From Octopus vulgaris (lineage: Eukaryota), in assembly GCA_951406725.2 (NCBI GenBank), contig OX597825.1:61752001-61816000 (forward strand): a DNA stretch of 64,000 nucleotides, in the 5' to 3' direction. Position numbers and translations under genes: made by a program. Below, one piece after another: positions 12,701-26,172 of this stretch (positions within the stretch are counted from its first letter, which is position 1; each line of letters begins with the position of its first letter). The notes under the pieces were generated by a model. It was not told the origin of the DNA. It made no database searches and was given only the letters and a program-made list of their open reading frames with translations.

Positions 12701-14764
12701 TAGTCTTATAGTCATAGTGCAGTGTATGAAAAGGTCAAACCTTTGAATTATAAGGTCATTTGAACCAACAGGCTTCTTCACAGTTTCTATATGACTAGTT
12801 ACATTCACAAAGCTTGAGAGGAGTCAAGTTCATGGTAAAAGTCCACTTTCACCAAGGTGCTAACCAAGTGGCTCAAACCTGAGAACCTTGTAATTGCAAA
12901 GCAAAGCTAGACTTATGTGAGGAATCAAGATTAGTAAGGCCATATTCATTTCTGATACAATTCTTCTTGGCTTGAGAGCATCTGTAATAGTTTCAAATGT
13001 AAAGTGATAGCATTCTTAATCATTGACTCTTGAATCAATAATCACTGTTCTTATTCTAGTGTCTTTTATACAAGATACTTACTTGTGCACATAGTTCTTT
13101 ATTCCAAATATTGTTTACTGATATGTAGCTGATTAGAGTTTTTCTCCCACTCCAGAGTAACACTTAATTCTTTTCTTTTTTGTATAATATTCTTTCAGAA
13201 TATCTTTGCACTTTCTTTGGAAACTGAATTCATTCTTGACAATTGTTTATTTATTTATTTGTACAATAGTACTTAAGCAATTTCTATAATTTTTTTCAAA
13301 TAAGAAAAAGAAAGTTCTGAAGACACATTTCTATTTTAGGAAACAGAAGCAATTTGTAAGAGGACAATACTATACATTATGAATGTATTTTTCTATTAAT
13401 TTATCTATCCACCACACTTCAAAATTTGACCATCTTGGTTTGAAAGAAGTGTAAGAATAGCTGGAAGGTGTCAGATTTTATCATAAAATAAAATAAAATC
13501 ACTTTCATTGGTAGAAACTTTTCACTAAAAATATTATTCAATTCATTAATTGACTGAAATAAATTCAACTTATTTTCTGCAGTAAATATATTAACTAGAA
13601 ATAATTTAATGTACACATAACTGCAAAAATATATCTATAAATTTTTCTATCATATAATATGTAGCCTTAGCACTTTTATATGAAAACTCTTGCTTCAAAA
13701 TTCTTACACTGTATTTACAAATAGTTCAAATACAGCACAGAATATTAAAGACATACTATTTTGAATCTGCCAAAGATCATGAAGTCTTAGAGGTTTCCAT
13801 TTAAAAGGAAATAGTCAATGATATCTAGTATAAAAGCTGATTGTGGCATTTTGAGTATATGAGTGTTTGTTTGATTTAGAAATGACAGTCTTGAGTTCCT
13901 CTTAGAATCTATGATTCTATATGTCTGGTTTGATTGAAAAGTTTAATTTAGAAGTCTGCTGTTAGAAAAGGTATACATTGTGATCTTATAATATGGTATT
14001 ATTTAGGCATTAACTGTTAAGATGTTCGACATTAAGTAAAGTGATATTATACAACATAAGACTAAATTTCAAATATAGAGAAACCACATTACCTATTTAT
14101 CTACAGAACACATGCCAATCTCTCTCTGTCTCTCCTGCCTTCACTCTTCTTCTCTCTCCTCTCGAATTAGTTCTAAGTACATTATGTTTTTATCTTCATG
14201 CTATCTTATTTTAGCTGCACTGCAGGCTTGTGGTGATATTCAGGTGCAGGAATGGCCATGTGGTTAAGAAGTTTGCTTTGTTAATAATTTGATTAGCTTT
14301 TACTTCTTAAGAAGGCGGTTGTAATATAAGTAATCTCATAGTTGAGCAAGATATCTCTTTGGACAAGACTGTTTTGTCAGTACTAACCTTGGGTTGAACC
14401 AACAATAGATGTCAATTAGAATGACAATAACACATCAAACTGACAATATATTCCTTCAAGGCTGCAATAATATATTATTCATTGTGATTATTACTTTCTT
14501 TCGGAAATATTTTTGCTAAAATAATGTCACCATGTCTATGTTTTATCTAAGAAGTTGTGAATACATATTACAGTAAATGTTTTGTTTTGTTAGCTTTATC
14601 CATGAGCAACTTTTAAAACATTGAATATACTCTCTCACTGGCTTGCTCATAACAAGTTTAGTAATGATGCTACATAATATTTAAACAGGCCGAGTATCTC
14701 AAGTCATATAGAATATTCAATTAGAGTAAGGTGAATTTGAAGTAATCAATTAATTAATTATTGG

Positions 14765-14843
14765 ATGTCTTACAGCTGTTTTTGGGATATCCCAAGTGAT
14801 AGGTTAGCATCTTCATACACTGGGTATTCCATCATCAGAGACA
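14765..14843 (-). ncRNA. Degenerate type-I hammerhead ribozyme motif
   Basis: TGTCT-CTGATGA-long stem II-(A)AAAC AGCT GTA-AGACA; the G of GAAA is mutated. Confidence 0.6.
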
Positions 14844-14902
14844 AAGTGAGTATGTGTAAAAGTTCTAGACAAGGAATTCAAAATTTATACATGAATGAAA
14901 TA

Positions 14903-15110
14903 GAGTTTCAGACCCCACTTCTCTGACATAAACCCTCTCTTTCAGGTATCCCCACAAGAAAAATTTGGTCTAGTCAAGTCTGGGGAACATGAAGGTCAGT
15001 TAACATTGCCATAGCAGGAGATTATTCTCTCTCCAAAGCACTGCCGTAGCAACTGCATTGTTTCTCTTGTAGTATGAGTAGTTGCCCCATCTTGCTGGAA
15101 CCATGTGTGA
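14903..15110 (-). pseudogene. Tc1/mariner DD41D (rosa/Visitor-like) transposase fragment
   Basis: Translates WFQQDGATTHTTRETMQLLRQCFGERIISCYGNVN*PSCSPDLTRPN then, after a frameshift, WGYLKERVY; 41 residues lie between the second D and the third catalytic position. Confidence 0.8.
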
Positions 15111-15117
15111 GGTCTAC

Positions 15118-15504
15118 TTTGAATGGCCTTCACTTTCCCCAGATTTGACTAGCCCAGATTTTTCATGCGGGGATAACTGAAAGAGAGGGTTTACATCAAC
15201 AAACTGGAGACACTGGTGCAACTGAAGGAGAACATCAATAAAGAAACAAGAGAAGTGGGGTCTGAAACTGTTGAGGGTGTTATGTGCAAGTTTTGGAAAG
15301 AGTACAGGCATGCAAAGATGAAAACGGCTGCCATTTAAGCGATGTCATTTTTCATATGTGATGTAGTGGTGTTGCAAAATTTGACTTATGCATATTAATT
15401 TACATTATGTTTTTTTATATTGTATCAAAATATCATGCATTTATTGGTAAAGCTAAGGAAGTTCTTAAAAATTGAAACCCATCAGTGACTTTTGGGACAT
15501 CCTG
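15118..15504 (+). mobile_element. 3' part of the same DD41D transposon family with its right TIR
   Basis: EWPSLSPDLTSPDF..LKERVYINK...ENGCHLSDVIF*; ends TTTTGGGACATCCTG|TA. Confidence 0.8.
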
Positions 15505-15546
<42 letters not shown>

Positions 15547-15671
15547 GTAGTACCTCAGTTTTCGAACAACTCTGATCACAAATAAATCATGCATTATCTC
15601 CTGTCTTTCTCATATTCATTTAATAAGTAGTACCTTGGTTTACGAATGCCTCTGATCACGAATAACTCATG

Positions 15672-15719
<48 letters not shown>

Positions 15720-16399
15720 TCACATAGACACAGAGAGAGGTGGAAAAGGAGTAAAGAGAGAGGGAGTTATATATTATATATATGTATACACACGCACGCA
15801 CACACACACCTATACACAGAGACACATATATACATGCACATACATGGAGATATAAGTATACCTATATTTGATAGGCACCTTTATTGTCTTTCTATGTTTC
15901 CAATAACATTCACTCACAAGACTTTTCCCAAAATAACACTGGAACAGTAGAAGGCATTTATCCCTGGGGTAAATGAAGTAGAATTGAATACCTAAATACA
16001 TGGTAAAAAGCAAAGCATTAAACCACATGATTTTTTTTCCTGTTCCTACATAGGAAAGAAACTACATGATTTATAATTCTCCAAATTCTTAATAAAAAAT
16101 AAAAACAGAAAATACACCCTAAAATCTTTTTATTCATCATTAGTATAGATAAGGGCCCTTTCTGTTTAAAAGTTTACAATACAATTTAGTGAAAATTATC
16201 TTGTAAGCAAAACTTCATGTCATCCCTACTCAAATCTAATTATAATAGATAATTTCAATGCAAAACTGAGAGATAATTATTTTTTAAACTTTCTGCTTCT
16301 AGACGTGTTTTCAGTTCTCTTCATTGCTTTTATCACCTTTGTTTGTGTCAGGAACATTTTGGTTTTATCCTTTGCTGCTTTTTACCATTCTTGCTCATG

Positions 16400-16731
<332 letters not shown>

Positions 16732-16879
16732 TTCACTTTCTTCTGATCAGTTTAGATAACTTTGGCACATCTCTTTTCAACAAAAACTAATTTCTAAAAA
16801 AATTTCAGAAATATTAAATATAAATATTCCTTATCGTTTTGCTTATCTATTTATTCATTCTCGTAACTAACGGTATGTA

Positions 16880-17028
16880 TTCAATTCTACCACTACAGCT
16901 GCTGCAGCTGCTACTACCACCACTGCTGCCAACACCACCACCATGATCACTGCTGCTACTACTACTGCTATCAGTAGTATCTGAAGAAGTAGTAGTAGTA
17001 GTAACTGCAGGAACAGCAGCAACAGCTT

Positions 17029-17101
<73 letters not shown>

Positions 17102-17102
17102 A
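16880..17102. repeat. (CTG/CTA)n and (TAG)n trinucleotide tract
   Basis: Direct reading; pure (TAG)n at about 17030-17102. Confidence 0.95.
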
Positions 17103-17395
17103 GGTGGTGAATTGATGGATTAGTTAGAGCCGTAGAGGAAATACTCTGCAGCAATTTATCCCAATTTCTTGCATTCTGAGTTCAAATCTTGCCATGGTCA
17201 ACTTTCCTTTTACTCTTCTAGGGTCGATAAACAAAGTATCAGTCTGAGGCAGTGTACTGGCTGACTTGCTAGAGCATAAATAAAAATCTTTATGATGCTT
17301 GTCTCATCTCTTTGCATTCAGAGTTCAAATCCTGTTATGATGTAATTAGGTGGTAATTTTGATCCATGTTTGATAACTATTCCTTAAATATCTGT

Positions 17396-17567
17396 AGGCA
17401 CAGGAGTGGCTGTGTGGTAAGTAGCTTACTTACCAACCACATGGTTCTGGGTTCATTCACACTGCATGGCACCTTGGGCAAGTGTCTTCTACTGTAGCCT
17501 CGCGCCGACCAAAGCCTTTTGAGTGGATTTGGTAGACAGAAACTGAAAGAAGCCTGTCACATATATG

Positions 17568-17598
<31 letters not shown>

Positions 17599-17683
17599 GT
17601 GTGTATATGTTTGTGTGTCTGTATTTGTCTCCCCAACAACACTTGACAACCGATGGTGGTGTGTTTATGTCCCCGTAACTTAG
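17396..17683 (+). mobile_element. SINE family A, 3'-truncated
   Basis: Intact head AGGCACAGGAGTGGCTGTGTGGTAAG; homology stops after CCCCGTAACTTAG. Confidence 0.9.
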
Positions 17684-17794
17684 GTTGCAAGACGCAACGA
17701 AAATTTTAGGAAAATATAAATAAGAAATAAGTGGAAATTTTACCGGTGAGTGTGTTAAATAATAAGGTACTAAAAGAGAATGATTCTCCCCAGA

Positions 17795-17965
17795 CACAAC
17801 AGAATATTTTTTATTCTCTCTCTGTTTATTTCCTCATGTTCCCTTCTGTTGAAGAGAGTAGGCTCAAAACATAAAAGACTTCTTCACCTTCCCAAGCATC
17901 AAACTAACACATCTACTTGTTGTTTATACACCTGTCTTCGTCTTGTTTTTCTGTAAATTTCAACC
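17795..17965 (+). mobile_element. Small repeat with a decayed hammerhead-like motif (same family as 32155-32330)
   Basis: TTGAAGA-GAGTAGGCTC-AAAACATAAAAG at about 17849-17877; shared downstream ACACCTGTCTT..TC/TTT segment. Confidence 0.55.
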
Positions 17966-18126
17966 ATACATACATTTAAATACATACACCTCATAAACAC
18001 ATCCACATATCAATATAGTATCAAAATTGTGATGAGTTTTAGTCAATAACTGATGAGAGGTAATCATGTTCCTGTCCTTTGTGTGTATTTCTATCTTTAC
18101 TGTGTTCTTCCTTCATTAATCTTGTG

Positions 18127-18410
18127 AAAGCACGTGGCTTGGTGGTTAGGGCTATTTGGCTCATGTTCATAACATCATGATTTCGATTCCTGGTGGCACA
18201 ATATGTTCTTGTGTAAGACACATGTTGCTCCAGTTCACTCAGCTGCCAAAATTTAGTAGTACTTGTATTTCAAAAGGCCAGCTTTGTCACACTCTCTGTC
18301 ATGCTGAATCTCCCTGAGAACTATGTTAAAGGTACACATGTCTGTGGAGCACTCAGAAACTTGCACATTAATTTCACAAGCAGGCTGTTTCTTTGATCAG
18401 CAGGCTGGCT
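18127..18410 (+). mobile_element. SINE with family C head and alternative tail
   Basis: GCACGTGGCTTGGTGGTTAGGG head and TTGCTCCAGTTCACTCAGCTG body, then a GTATTTCAAA.GGCCAGC...GGAGCACTCAG tail shared with 28318-28668. Confidence 0.8.
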
Positions 18411-18440
18411 GGATTCATTATTCTCACATGCCACAATTTA

Positions 18441-18507
<67 letters not shown>

Positions 18508-18651
18508 TGTGTGTGTGCATGTGTATATATATATATATATCTATATCTATATATCTATATATATACACACACATACATACACCAGTATTTTTTCAGTTTC
18601 TGCTTTCTATATCCACTAACCTTACAATACATACATACATATACATAGGTA

Positions 18652-18700
<49 letters not shown>

Positions 18701-19756
18701 TATCTACAAATGTCATTTTTGCTTGAGATATTCCACATTAAAAAAAAAAAACATGGCATTAGTTTGTTCACATTCTCATAGAAAATTACCTTTACTATCT
18801 CTGTGCTCTTTAAGAAGCAGAGCAAAATCTCCCTCAGCTGTCAAACATGGAAAAGTTGACAAAAAGTAGAGTATTCAACTGGGGAAATACTACCGCAATG
18901 ATAAGCAGCAGCCTAATTTATACTAGCCTTAAAACAAATGGACAAACACTAAAATCCTAAAATTGCTTCTCAGTTTTATGAAGCCCTCTGCCTTATTTCA
19001 GGTTAGTTTACAACTTTTACTGTGAAATTCAGCTTGGACTGTATTTTAGTTCATGATTCATGTTTACTTCTTAAATTTTTTCTTTACATATTGTTTGTTT
19101 GTTTCTTTCTGTATTCATTTTTTTAATCAGCCCTGTTTCCAAATAAAAGTGTTCTTGCTTTGAAATTATGGTTTAGACAGAAGTAATAAATTATTCCTAA
19201 AGTCAATAACTCAATGCAAATACAATGAATAATGAAAACGGAAAGTCTTTGAAATATTTTGCAATGTTTCATAGTTCACAAAATCATTTACTGTTTTCCT
19301 TAATACTTCAGTGTCATTCATACTTGAAGTATAAGTACTTCAGTGCCAAAATAGTTGAAATAATTCTGTCACAGAATTGGCACTACTGTGAAGGTACATT
19401 CTATGCAATGTCAGTTTTTGTTTTATGGTTGCATGTTTTCTCTCTCTTTATTATTTCTTTGAATTATTCCAACAAATAAGAAGCTGGTTGCTAATGTAAA
19501 AAACATTAATAAGCAAAAACCTATCAGTGAAATTTAGTTAACTTCAGTAATAATTTACGTACTGAAATTTTGAAAGTTTTGCTTATTTTCATTGTTCTGT
19601 TCACTGACTAAATTTGTAGTGCGTCCTTTAACTGATCTTCTGTTTCTCCTAAAAAAGAAAAGTCTCCAACTTTTCCTCACTACTGTTTCTGTGTGAGCCA
19701 ACACATTCAAGTGGGTATACAAGTGAGTATAAATGTCATTATTTATAATAATAAAC

Positions 19757-20051
19757 ATCACCCTTTTCAAGTCTAGCCAGGCTTGTGGGCCTGGTTTCCC
19801 GGTTTCTGTGGCGTATGTGTTCCCCACCAGCTGGACGGGATGCCAGTTCATCGCAGTGTTACTCAAGAAACAGGAAGAGAGAGTGAGAGAAAGTTGTGGC
19901 AAAAGAGTACAACAGAGGTTGACACCACCCCCTGCCAGAGCCTTGTGGAGCTTTTAGGTGCTTTTGCTCAATAAACACACACAACGCCCGGTCTGGGAAT
20001 CGAAACCGCAAACCTCCAGCTGTGAGTCTGCTGCCCTAACCACTCGGCCAA
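19757..20051 (-). mobile_element. SINE with family D head and family C-type tail
   Basis: GGTTTCGATTCCCAGACCGGGCG head; tail CTGCGATGAACTGGCATCCCGTCCAGCTGG...CCTGGCTAGACTTGAAAAGGGTG matches the 33182 copy. Confidence 0.85.
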
Positions 20052-21289
20052 TTGTAGAATAATAGTTGATATAAATGTTGGTTCGTTGAATTCTCCAGGG
20101 ACACCTTACATTATACAGAGAGAATAAGAAAGAGGGTAAGAGAGAGTAAGAGAGAGGGAGAGGAGAGAGAGATTCAGATACTTAATGCAAGATGAGCTGG
20201 ATGAGTGCACATTTTAGGCTTGGTGGCAGGTAATGACTTAAGAAACATTACATAAACACACACAGTAAGAGAGAAAGAATTGTAGAGGCAGATGAGGAGG
20301 AAGATATGACAGAATAGTTATTGGAGAAGTTATACAAATGAGAAATTTGTTTTACTTAATTTTATTTTTTAAGGTAACTATTTTTCTGTTGAAACTTAGT
20401 ATTCATTTCCTCATTTTGTACAAGAACCAAGAAACTTAATAAAAGCTGTATTATATTTATTATATGCATACCACATTTCCTGATATTACCCATAGCAGCA
20501 GAAGTCTACTTCCAAAGTTACACATCATCTGAGGAATAATACCAGAGTAAATTTATAATCTACATAGAGAAACTCTGGGTTTTAAAGAAATTATCCATAA
20601 ATATTCTCTTTCTCACTGATTTCAAAGAAATATTCAAGTCTCCTGGGCATATGACTTCCTCTAGAGTTCATTATTATTTTATTTTTTGTCCCAAACAATT
20701 ACATCCAGTCTTTCTATTTGCATTTGGCCAAAGTTTTAATAGGAATCTTCTGTCAATATTCCTTGTGTTGAAATGTATTAATGCACTCAGAATCAGAGAT
20801 GTTTCTTCATATTTATTTCTCTTAGAAAAAATTTCTAGTACAGACGCATTGTAATATATCAGAAAGATAGTACTATAATGATATTTGTGGATGGTGCTGT
20901 TCACAGGTGTAATATCTGTCTAAGAAATGAAATACAATATTTCCAGTTGTGTCTTGTGGAGCAGGAGTGTTAAGTATTTTCCTGTTTCTTTTATTCAAAA
21001 GTTATGTAACCATATTTGTATCATACTTAATGTAAATACATCACGGAAAGGAAAATTAACTGTAATATTCATTCTGAGATAATATCTCATATAGACGTAC
21101 TGTCATAGAAGTAATATATTTTGTAGCAAACTTTTGCTTTTGGATTGTATCATTTTCATTTTATAATTTTCTTGTATGCCTAGGTGGTATTTAGATGTTC
21201 TTCAATGAATACAGCAGTAGTTGTCTCTCCATTGCAAACTATTAGTCAGACGTTTGTGGATGGAGCACAACAGGATCTGGAGGATGTCT

Positions 21290-22030
21290 CTGCCCACTAC
21301 GATGATGTATTGGTTTACAGAGAAGTTATTTTTCATGGGGAACACTCCCCCGACCAAACCCCACCTCACATCCGAAGAGGACCAGAATGAGAAAGATAAT
21401 CTAGTTCAATCCTCCATGTAGCCTAGAAGTTTACACCAATGTAGCTAGGGGCTTCCCTTCATTGATTAACAAGCATTTACTCATAGGCCACAAGTACTAC
21501 AAGCTCTTCAACTCACATAACGTCAAGGTGAGCTACTCCTGCTGAGATAACAATCACTTTTAATATGTCATGTCAAAACGGATGCAAGTAAGTACCTGCA
21601 CAACCTCTGACCCCAACCTGTAATCTCCCAAATCCTACTAACTGCCTTCTAGGAAGATCCTGCTTCTCAAGGGATACAGTCTACAGAACAATCCTCACAC
21701 CATCTGATGGCCTCAAAAGGCACAACATAGGCATGATAGTCAATGATTACAAAGAAAGGTGCATGCAACATATGCACTTGCTTAGATGCAGGGATTGAGA
21801 AATTATAATTCTTTGTCTCGTTTCCTATGGAGACTTAATGAAATCTAGAATGAAATGTCCAGAATCAAATAGAACATCATCAAGAGGACACCACCTTATT
21901 CACCCAGTGCCCACAATTACCAAATCTGCCTCTGTAAAAGACTGTACATCCTCCATCAAATTACAGTAGCTATCAACAGGAAATATGAACTATCCTATTG
22001 TTGCCACTAGAGGTACACCCTCCTGGTGAA
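21290..22030 (+). pseudogene. Penelope-like retroelement relic (linker plus C-terminal GIY-YIG endonuclease; Naiad-like motifs)
   Basis: From about 21392: KII*FNPPCSLEVYTNVARGFPSLINKHLLIGHKYYKLFNSHNVKVSYSC. Later: NCLLGRSC..TVYR...NIG....YKERC..H, LSRFLWRL, ICLCK..INRK.EL..CCH. Several stops and frameshifts. Confidence 0.8.
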
Positions 22031-22279
22031 CATCAAATCACTGGCTCCCGACAACCCAGATTTATGACCTTAACATCAGATACTCCCAAAAACTGGCTGT
22101 TCTTTAACTAAGGACAGGGTTCCCAACCATCAATGGCTATGCAGACACCTCTCTCTCCTTTTCCCCCACACCACCAAACGTCCCATCGATACCCATTTCT
22201 CTTCCTCAGCAATGGTGTTGCAACCACACTAGCATACATCTGTCACACTCACACAGATAAATACCAAAAGCATGAACAT

Positions 22280-22442
22280 AGGCGCAAGAGTGGCTGTGTT
22301 GTAAGAAGCTTGCTTAACAACCACATGGTTCTGGGTTCAATCCCACTGCATGGCCGCTTTGGCAAGTGTCTTCTACTATAGCTTTGGGCCGATCAAAGCC
22401 TTGTGAGTGGATTTGGTAGATGGAAACTGAAAGAAGCCCATC

Positions 22443-22484
<42 letters not shown>

Positions 22485-22719
22485 GTATGTATATACGTAT
22501 ATGTATGTGTTTGTGTGCCTGTGTTTGTCCCCCCACCATCGCTTGACAACAGATATTGGTGTGTTTATGGACTCATAACTTAACAGTCTGGTGAAAAAGA
22601 CTGATAGAATTAGACTTACAAAGAATAGGTCCTGGGGCCAATTTGTTTGACTAAAGGCATGCCAGCAGTCAAATGACTGAAACAGATAAAAGAATAAAAG
22701 AACAAAAGAATAAAAGAAT
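22280..22719 (+). mobile_element. SINE family A, full length
   Basis: Head AGGCGCAAGAGTGGCTGTG, B box GGGTTCAATCCC, (ATAAAAGA)n tail. Confidence 0.9.
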
Positions 22720-22729
22720 GTAAGTGCAT

Positions 22730-22922
22730 CTCTGTATGTATTTACATATGTGTGTGTGTGTGTGTCTGTGTATATACACACATGCATATATATATATACA
22801 TCTATGTGCATGTGCATGTGCATACATATATGTACGTACACCAGCCACATGTGTCTTCCTGGACAAACACACATTCATGCAAACATGTATGCACCCACTG
22901 GTTTATGCACAAACATACAAAT

Positions 22923-22963
<41 letters not shown>

Positions 22964-23230
22964 TGCATGCATCCTTATATGCTCTCCTAGAGATACACAC
23001 ATGCACTCATACGTTTACACACAGATGCAAGAATGTACATACTGATGTACATATGCATACATGCATCTTAAATACTTTCATGCATACACACATACATAGC
23101 TGGCACTATGGCACACACATATTTACATGCACGAATACATACATGTACACACACAAACACACATAAACACAACCAGTAACACACTCAACTCACTGCATTC
23201 ATACATCTCCTTTATACACATAGACACTCA
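22730..23230. repeat. Degenerate (CA)/(TACA)/(TGCA) microsatellite field
   Basis: Direct reading. Confidence 0.9.
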
Positions 23231-23377
23231 CGGACCTTTCTGTTGCCTTCACCTCCAGACACTTAGATGCCATCAGTTTCCAGTCCAGTAATGCAGTCCA
23301 AGAAATTAACCCTTTTCTAACAGAAGTACTTTTGCTCTATCGTCAATCTTACTCTGTGTGTGTGTCTGTGTGTATGA

Positions 23378-23426
<49 letters not shown>

Positions 23427-23444
23427 CATGATCACCATGACTGA

Positions 23445-23760
23445 CCAGGAATCAGATTTTAACAAATTCCTTTACTCTCGACACATGTTTCGAAGACGGC
23501 ATACTTTTTTCGAGGAATCAAATGGTGCATTATGCTCGCTGGCATCAGGAAAGATAAGGATCCTCATTCAGCCACAAGAGTGAACAGAAAGTTTGATGAT
23601 TGCCTACATGGTCACCATGTAGGCATCATCAAAACCCTGAAAGAGCTCTTATCTTTCCTGATGAGAGATGGCATAGGTGTTTTTCCTTTGGAATAAACAC
23701 TCACAGCGCCTGTGTCTGAGGAATTTGAAAATCTTGTTTGACTCCATTCTTTCATTTATT
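23445..23760. mobile_element. Inverted-repeat element carrying two oppositely oriented hammerhead relics
   Basis: Minus strand 23475-23553: CTTTC-CTGATGC-stem-CGAAAC ATGT GTC-GAGAG. Plus strand about 23653-23675: CTTTC-CTGATGA-GAGATGGCATA (5' half only). Palindrome centre TGCCTACATGGT-C-ACCATGTAGGCA near 23613. Confidence 0.65.
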
Positions 23761-24125
23761 TATATAAAAAACACACAAATTTCCACACAGGCCCGGAGTT
23801 TCTACTCTTGACAGGTCGCTTCAACCGTGTTTTCTGATGTGATATTTATATACCCAGGTATCGGTTATACGAATTTTCCATGCTAAGATATATTCATTCA
23901 CCTATATATATATATATATATATATTCATATATAGAACTGGTTATTTTCAGTTTCTGTTTACAAATATTCTATAAAGTTTTGATCGGCCCAGAGGTGAAA
24001 ATCATATGCTGTTGGTGACATGTATTGATACTGGATTGAAAGTATTTGGGGAAGCAAACTTCTTAATCAAAAAGCCATATGTCTGTGTGTATATATGTAT
24101 ATATATGTATATATTTGTGTGCATA

Positions 24126-24191
<66 letters not shown>

Positions 24192-24910
24192 TGTATATGT
24201 AAGTGTGTGTGCGCATATACACACACGCACATATATGTATGTATGTATGAATGTATAGGGAGAGAGTGTTTAGTTTCTATGATTTTGTCTTCCTCTGTGT
24301 ATTGCTGTTACTGTTATTACAATGTGTAGTCATTTTAACACCTTACCACAGTGTTTGAAATCGGGTCTAGCTTCAGCTATTGTTGCCAGTGTTATTGAAT
24401 AAACATCAACTTAAGTAGACTAATGGCATCAAGTTACTGAAATATGTTTTATAAACATGCAATTTGAATGTCATTTCATTCAATCATAGACTCAGTGTTT
24501 TGCACTTTTATCTTAATGTGTACATTCATTATGAAGTTCTTTATATATGGTAGATTTCTTCACTGAACTTTCCTGTCATTCTTTATAGAAGAAAAAAAAA
24601 AAAAAACTGTAGCTGCCTGGGTATTATTTATAATGCTACTATGCTCTGTTATATAGATTTTGGAAATATATATGTATAGAGGGAGAGGGAGTCAGCCATC
24701 TCCTTATGAGAACGGCTTGGTAACATGCACCATGATTTTTTAAATTGCTTTAGATACCTGGACAGCCATAAGCAGACACAGATGCCTTCTTGACCTTCTT
24801 ACCCTTTGGCCTAGCAGAACATTGAAGCCTGACAGCTAAAGAGAGAGAGAGAGAGAGAGAGAGTGAACTGTATCAGTACTCACTGGTACTAATCTTCAGC
24901 TGAAAAGATT

Positions 24911-25324
24911 CTTTTACTCTTTTACTCTTTTACTTGTTTCAGTCATTTGACAGTGGCCATGCTGGAGCACCACCTTTAGTCAAGCAAATTGACCCCAGGA
25001 CTTATTCCTTGTAAGCTTAGTACTTATTCTTTCAGGATATTTTGCCGGACCGCTAAGTTACGGGGATGTAAACACACCAGCATCGGTTGTCAAGCAATGT
25101 TGGGGGACAAACACAGACACACAAACGTATACACACACACACACATACATATATATATAAATATATATACACATATATACGATGGGCTTCTTTCAGTTTC
25201 TGTCTACCAAATCCACTCACAAGGCTTTGGTCAGTCCAAGGCTATAGTAGAAGATGCTTGCCCAAGGTGCCATGCAGTGGGGCTGAACCTGAAACCATGT
25301 GGTTGGTAAGCAAGCTACTTACCA
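24911..25324 (-). mobile_element. SINE family A, nearly full length
   Basis: High similarity to 30185-30592. Confidence 0.9.
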
Positions 25325-25477
25325 GGGCGATGCCTAGTCAAGGAATTAAACTGAGGACATTATGATTGTAAGCTAAACTACCAAACTACTAAGCCATAGG
25401 CCTTCATAGATTTTTGCGGAGATTAAAATTTATTCTCTATAAGAGATGAAAGTAGTAACTATACTGAGAAGTAATGT

Positions 25478-25609
25478 TTATCGCCACATCAATATGGCTG
25501 TTCTGTGGGAATTGATGTTACAGCCGCTTTTTAAGCCCAGGGAGAGCCTGGGGTTAAAAACGGTAGTAACATCGATTCCTATGGAACTGCTGTATTGATG
25601 TGGTGATAA
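25478..25609. repeat. Imperfect palindromic (foldback) element, ~63-bp arms, 5-nt loop
   Basis: TTATCGCCACATCAATA...GATGTTAC...CCCAGG-GAGAG-CCTGGG...GTAACATC...TATTGATGTGGTGATAA. Confidence 0.85.
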
Positions 25610-25868
25610 CCAAAATTTATTCTGTTATTTGTTTAGATCTGCTGTGCTGGGATTGTGAATGTGGTTATGAAAGATGATTTTCTTAATTCTTGTTTGTTTG
25701 CGATTATGTTTTTTATTGATTTGTCAAAAAGAAAGAGTAGTGCTCCCAAACCCTTTCAAGACGTATTTGACAAGATGGAGGGAGAAACATATCTCCAAAC
25801 TAAAGGCTTAACCCAAAAGCTTGCAGTAGAGTGGACTCTGCTAAAGACTCCGAAGGACCTAGTAATGA

Positions 25869-26172
25869 GTGGAGGCACATGGCCTAGTGGTTAGAGCAGT
25901 GGACCTCACGGTCAAGGGATCGCAAGTTCAAATCTCAGACCGGGCGGTGTGTGTGTTTATGAGCGAAACTCCTATGCTCCACGCGGCTCCAGCAGAAGGT
26001 AATGGTGAACTTCTGTTGACTCATTCGCCACAACTTTCTCTGACTCTTTCCTCCTGCATCTTGCAGCTAACCTGCGACGGACCAGCATCCCATCAAGGTG
26101 GGGAACCTATACGCCAAGGAAACTGAGAAACTGGCCCCTATGAGGCAGGTGTGGCTCAAGAAGGAACAAACA
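25869..26172 (+). mobile_element. SINE family D
   Basis: GTGGAGGCACATGGCCTAGTGGTTAGAGC head; imperfect TSD CCTAGT(A/G)ATG; homologous to 9484-9787. Confidence 0.85.

Noticed and set aside
21540-21548. In-frame TGA after SYSC in the Penelope-like relic as a selenocysteine codon
   Set aside because: It does not replace a conserved Cys, and the relic has other stops and frameshifts, so decay explains it.
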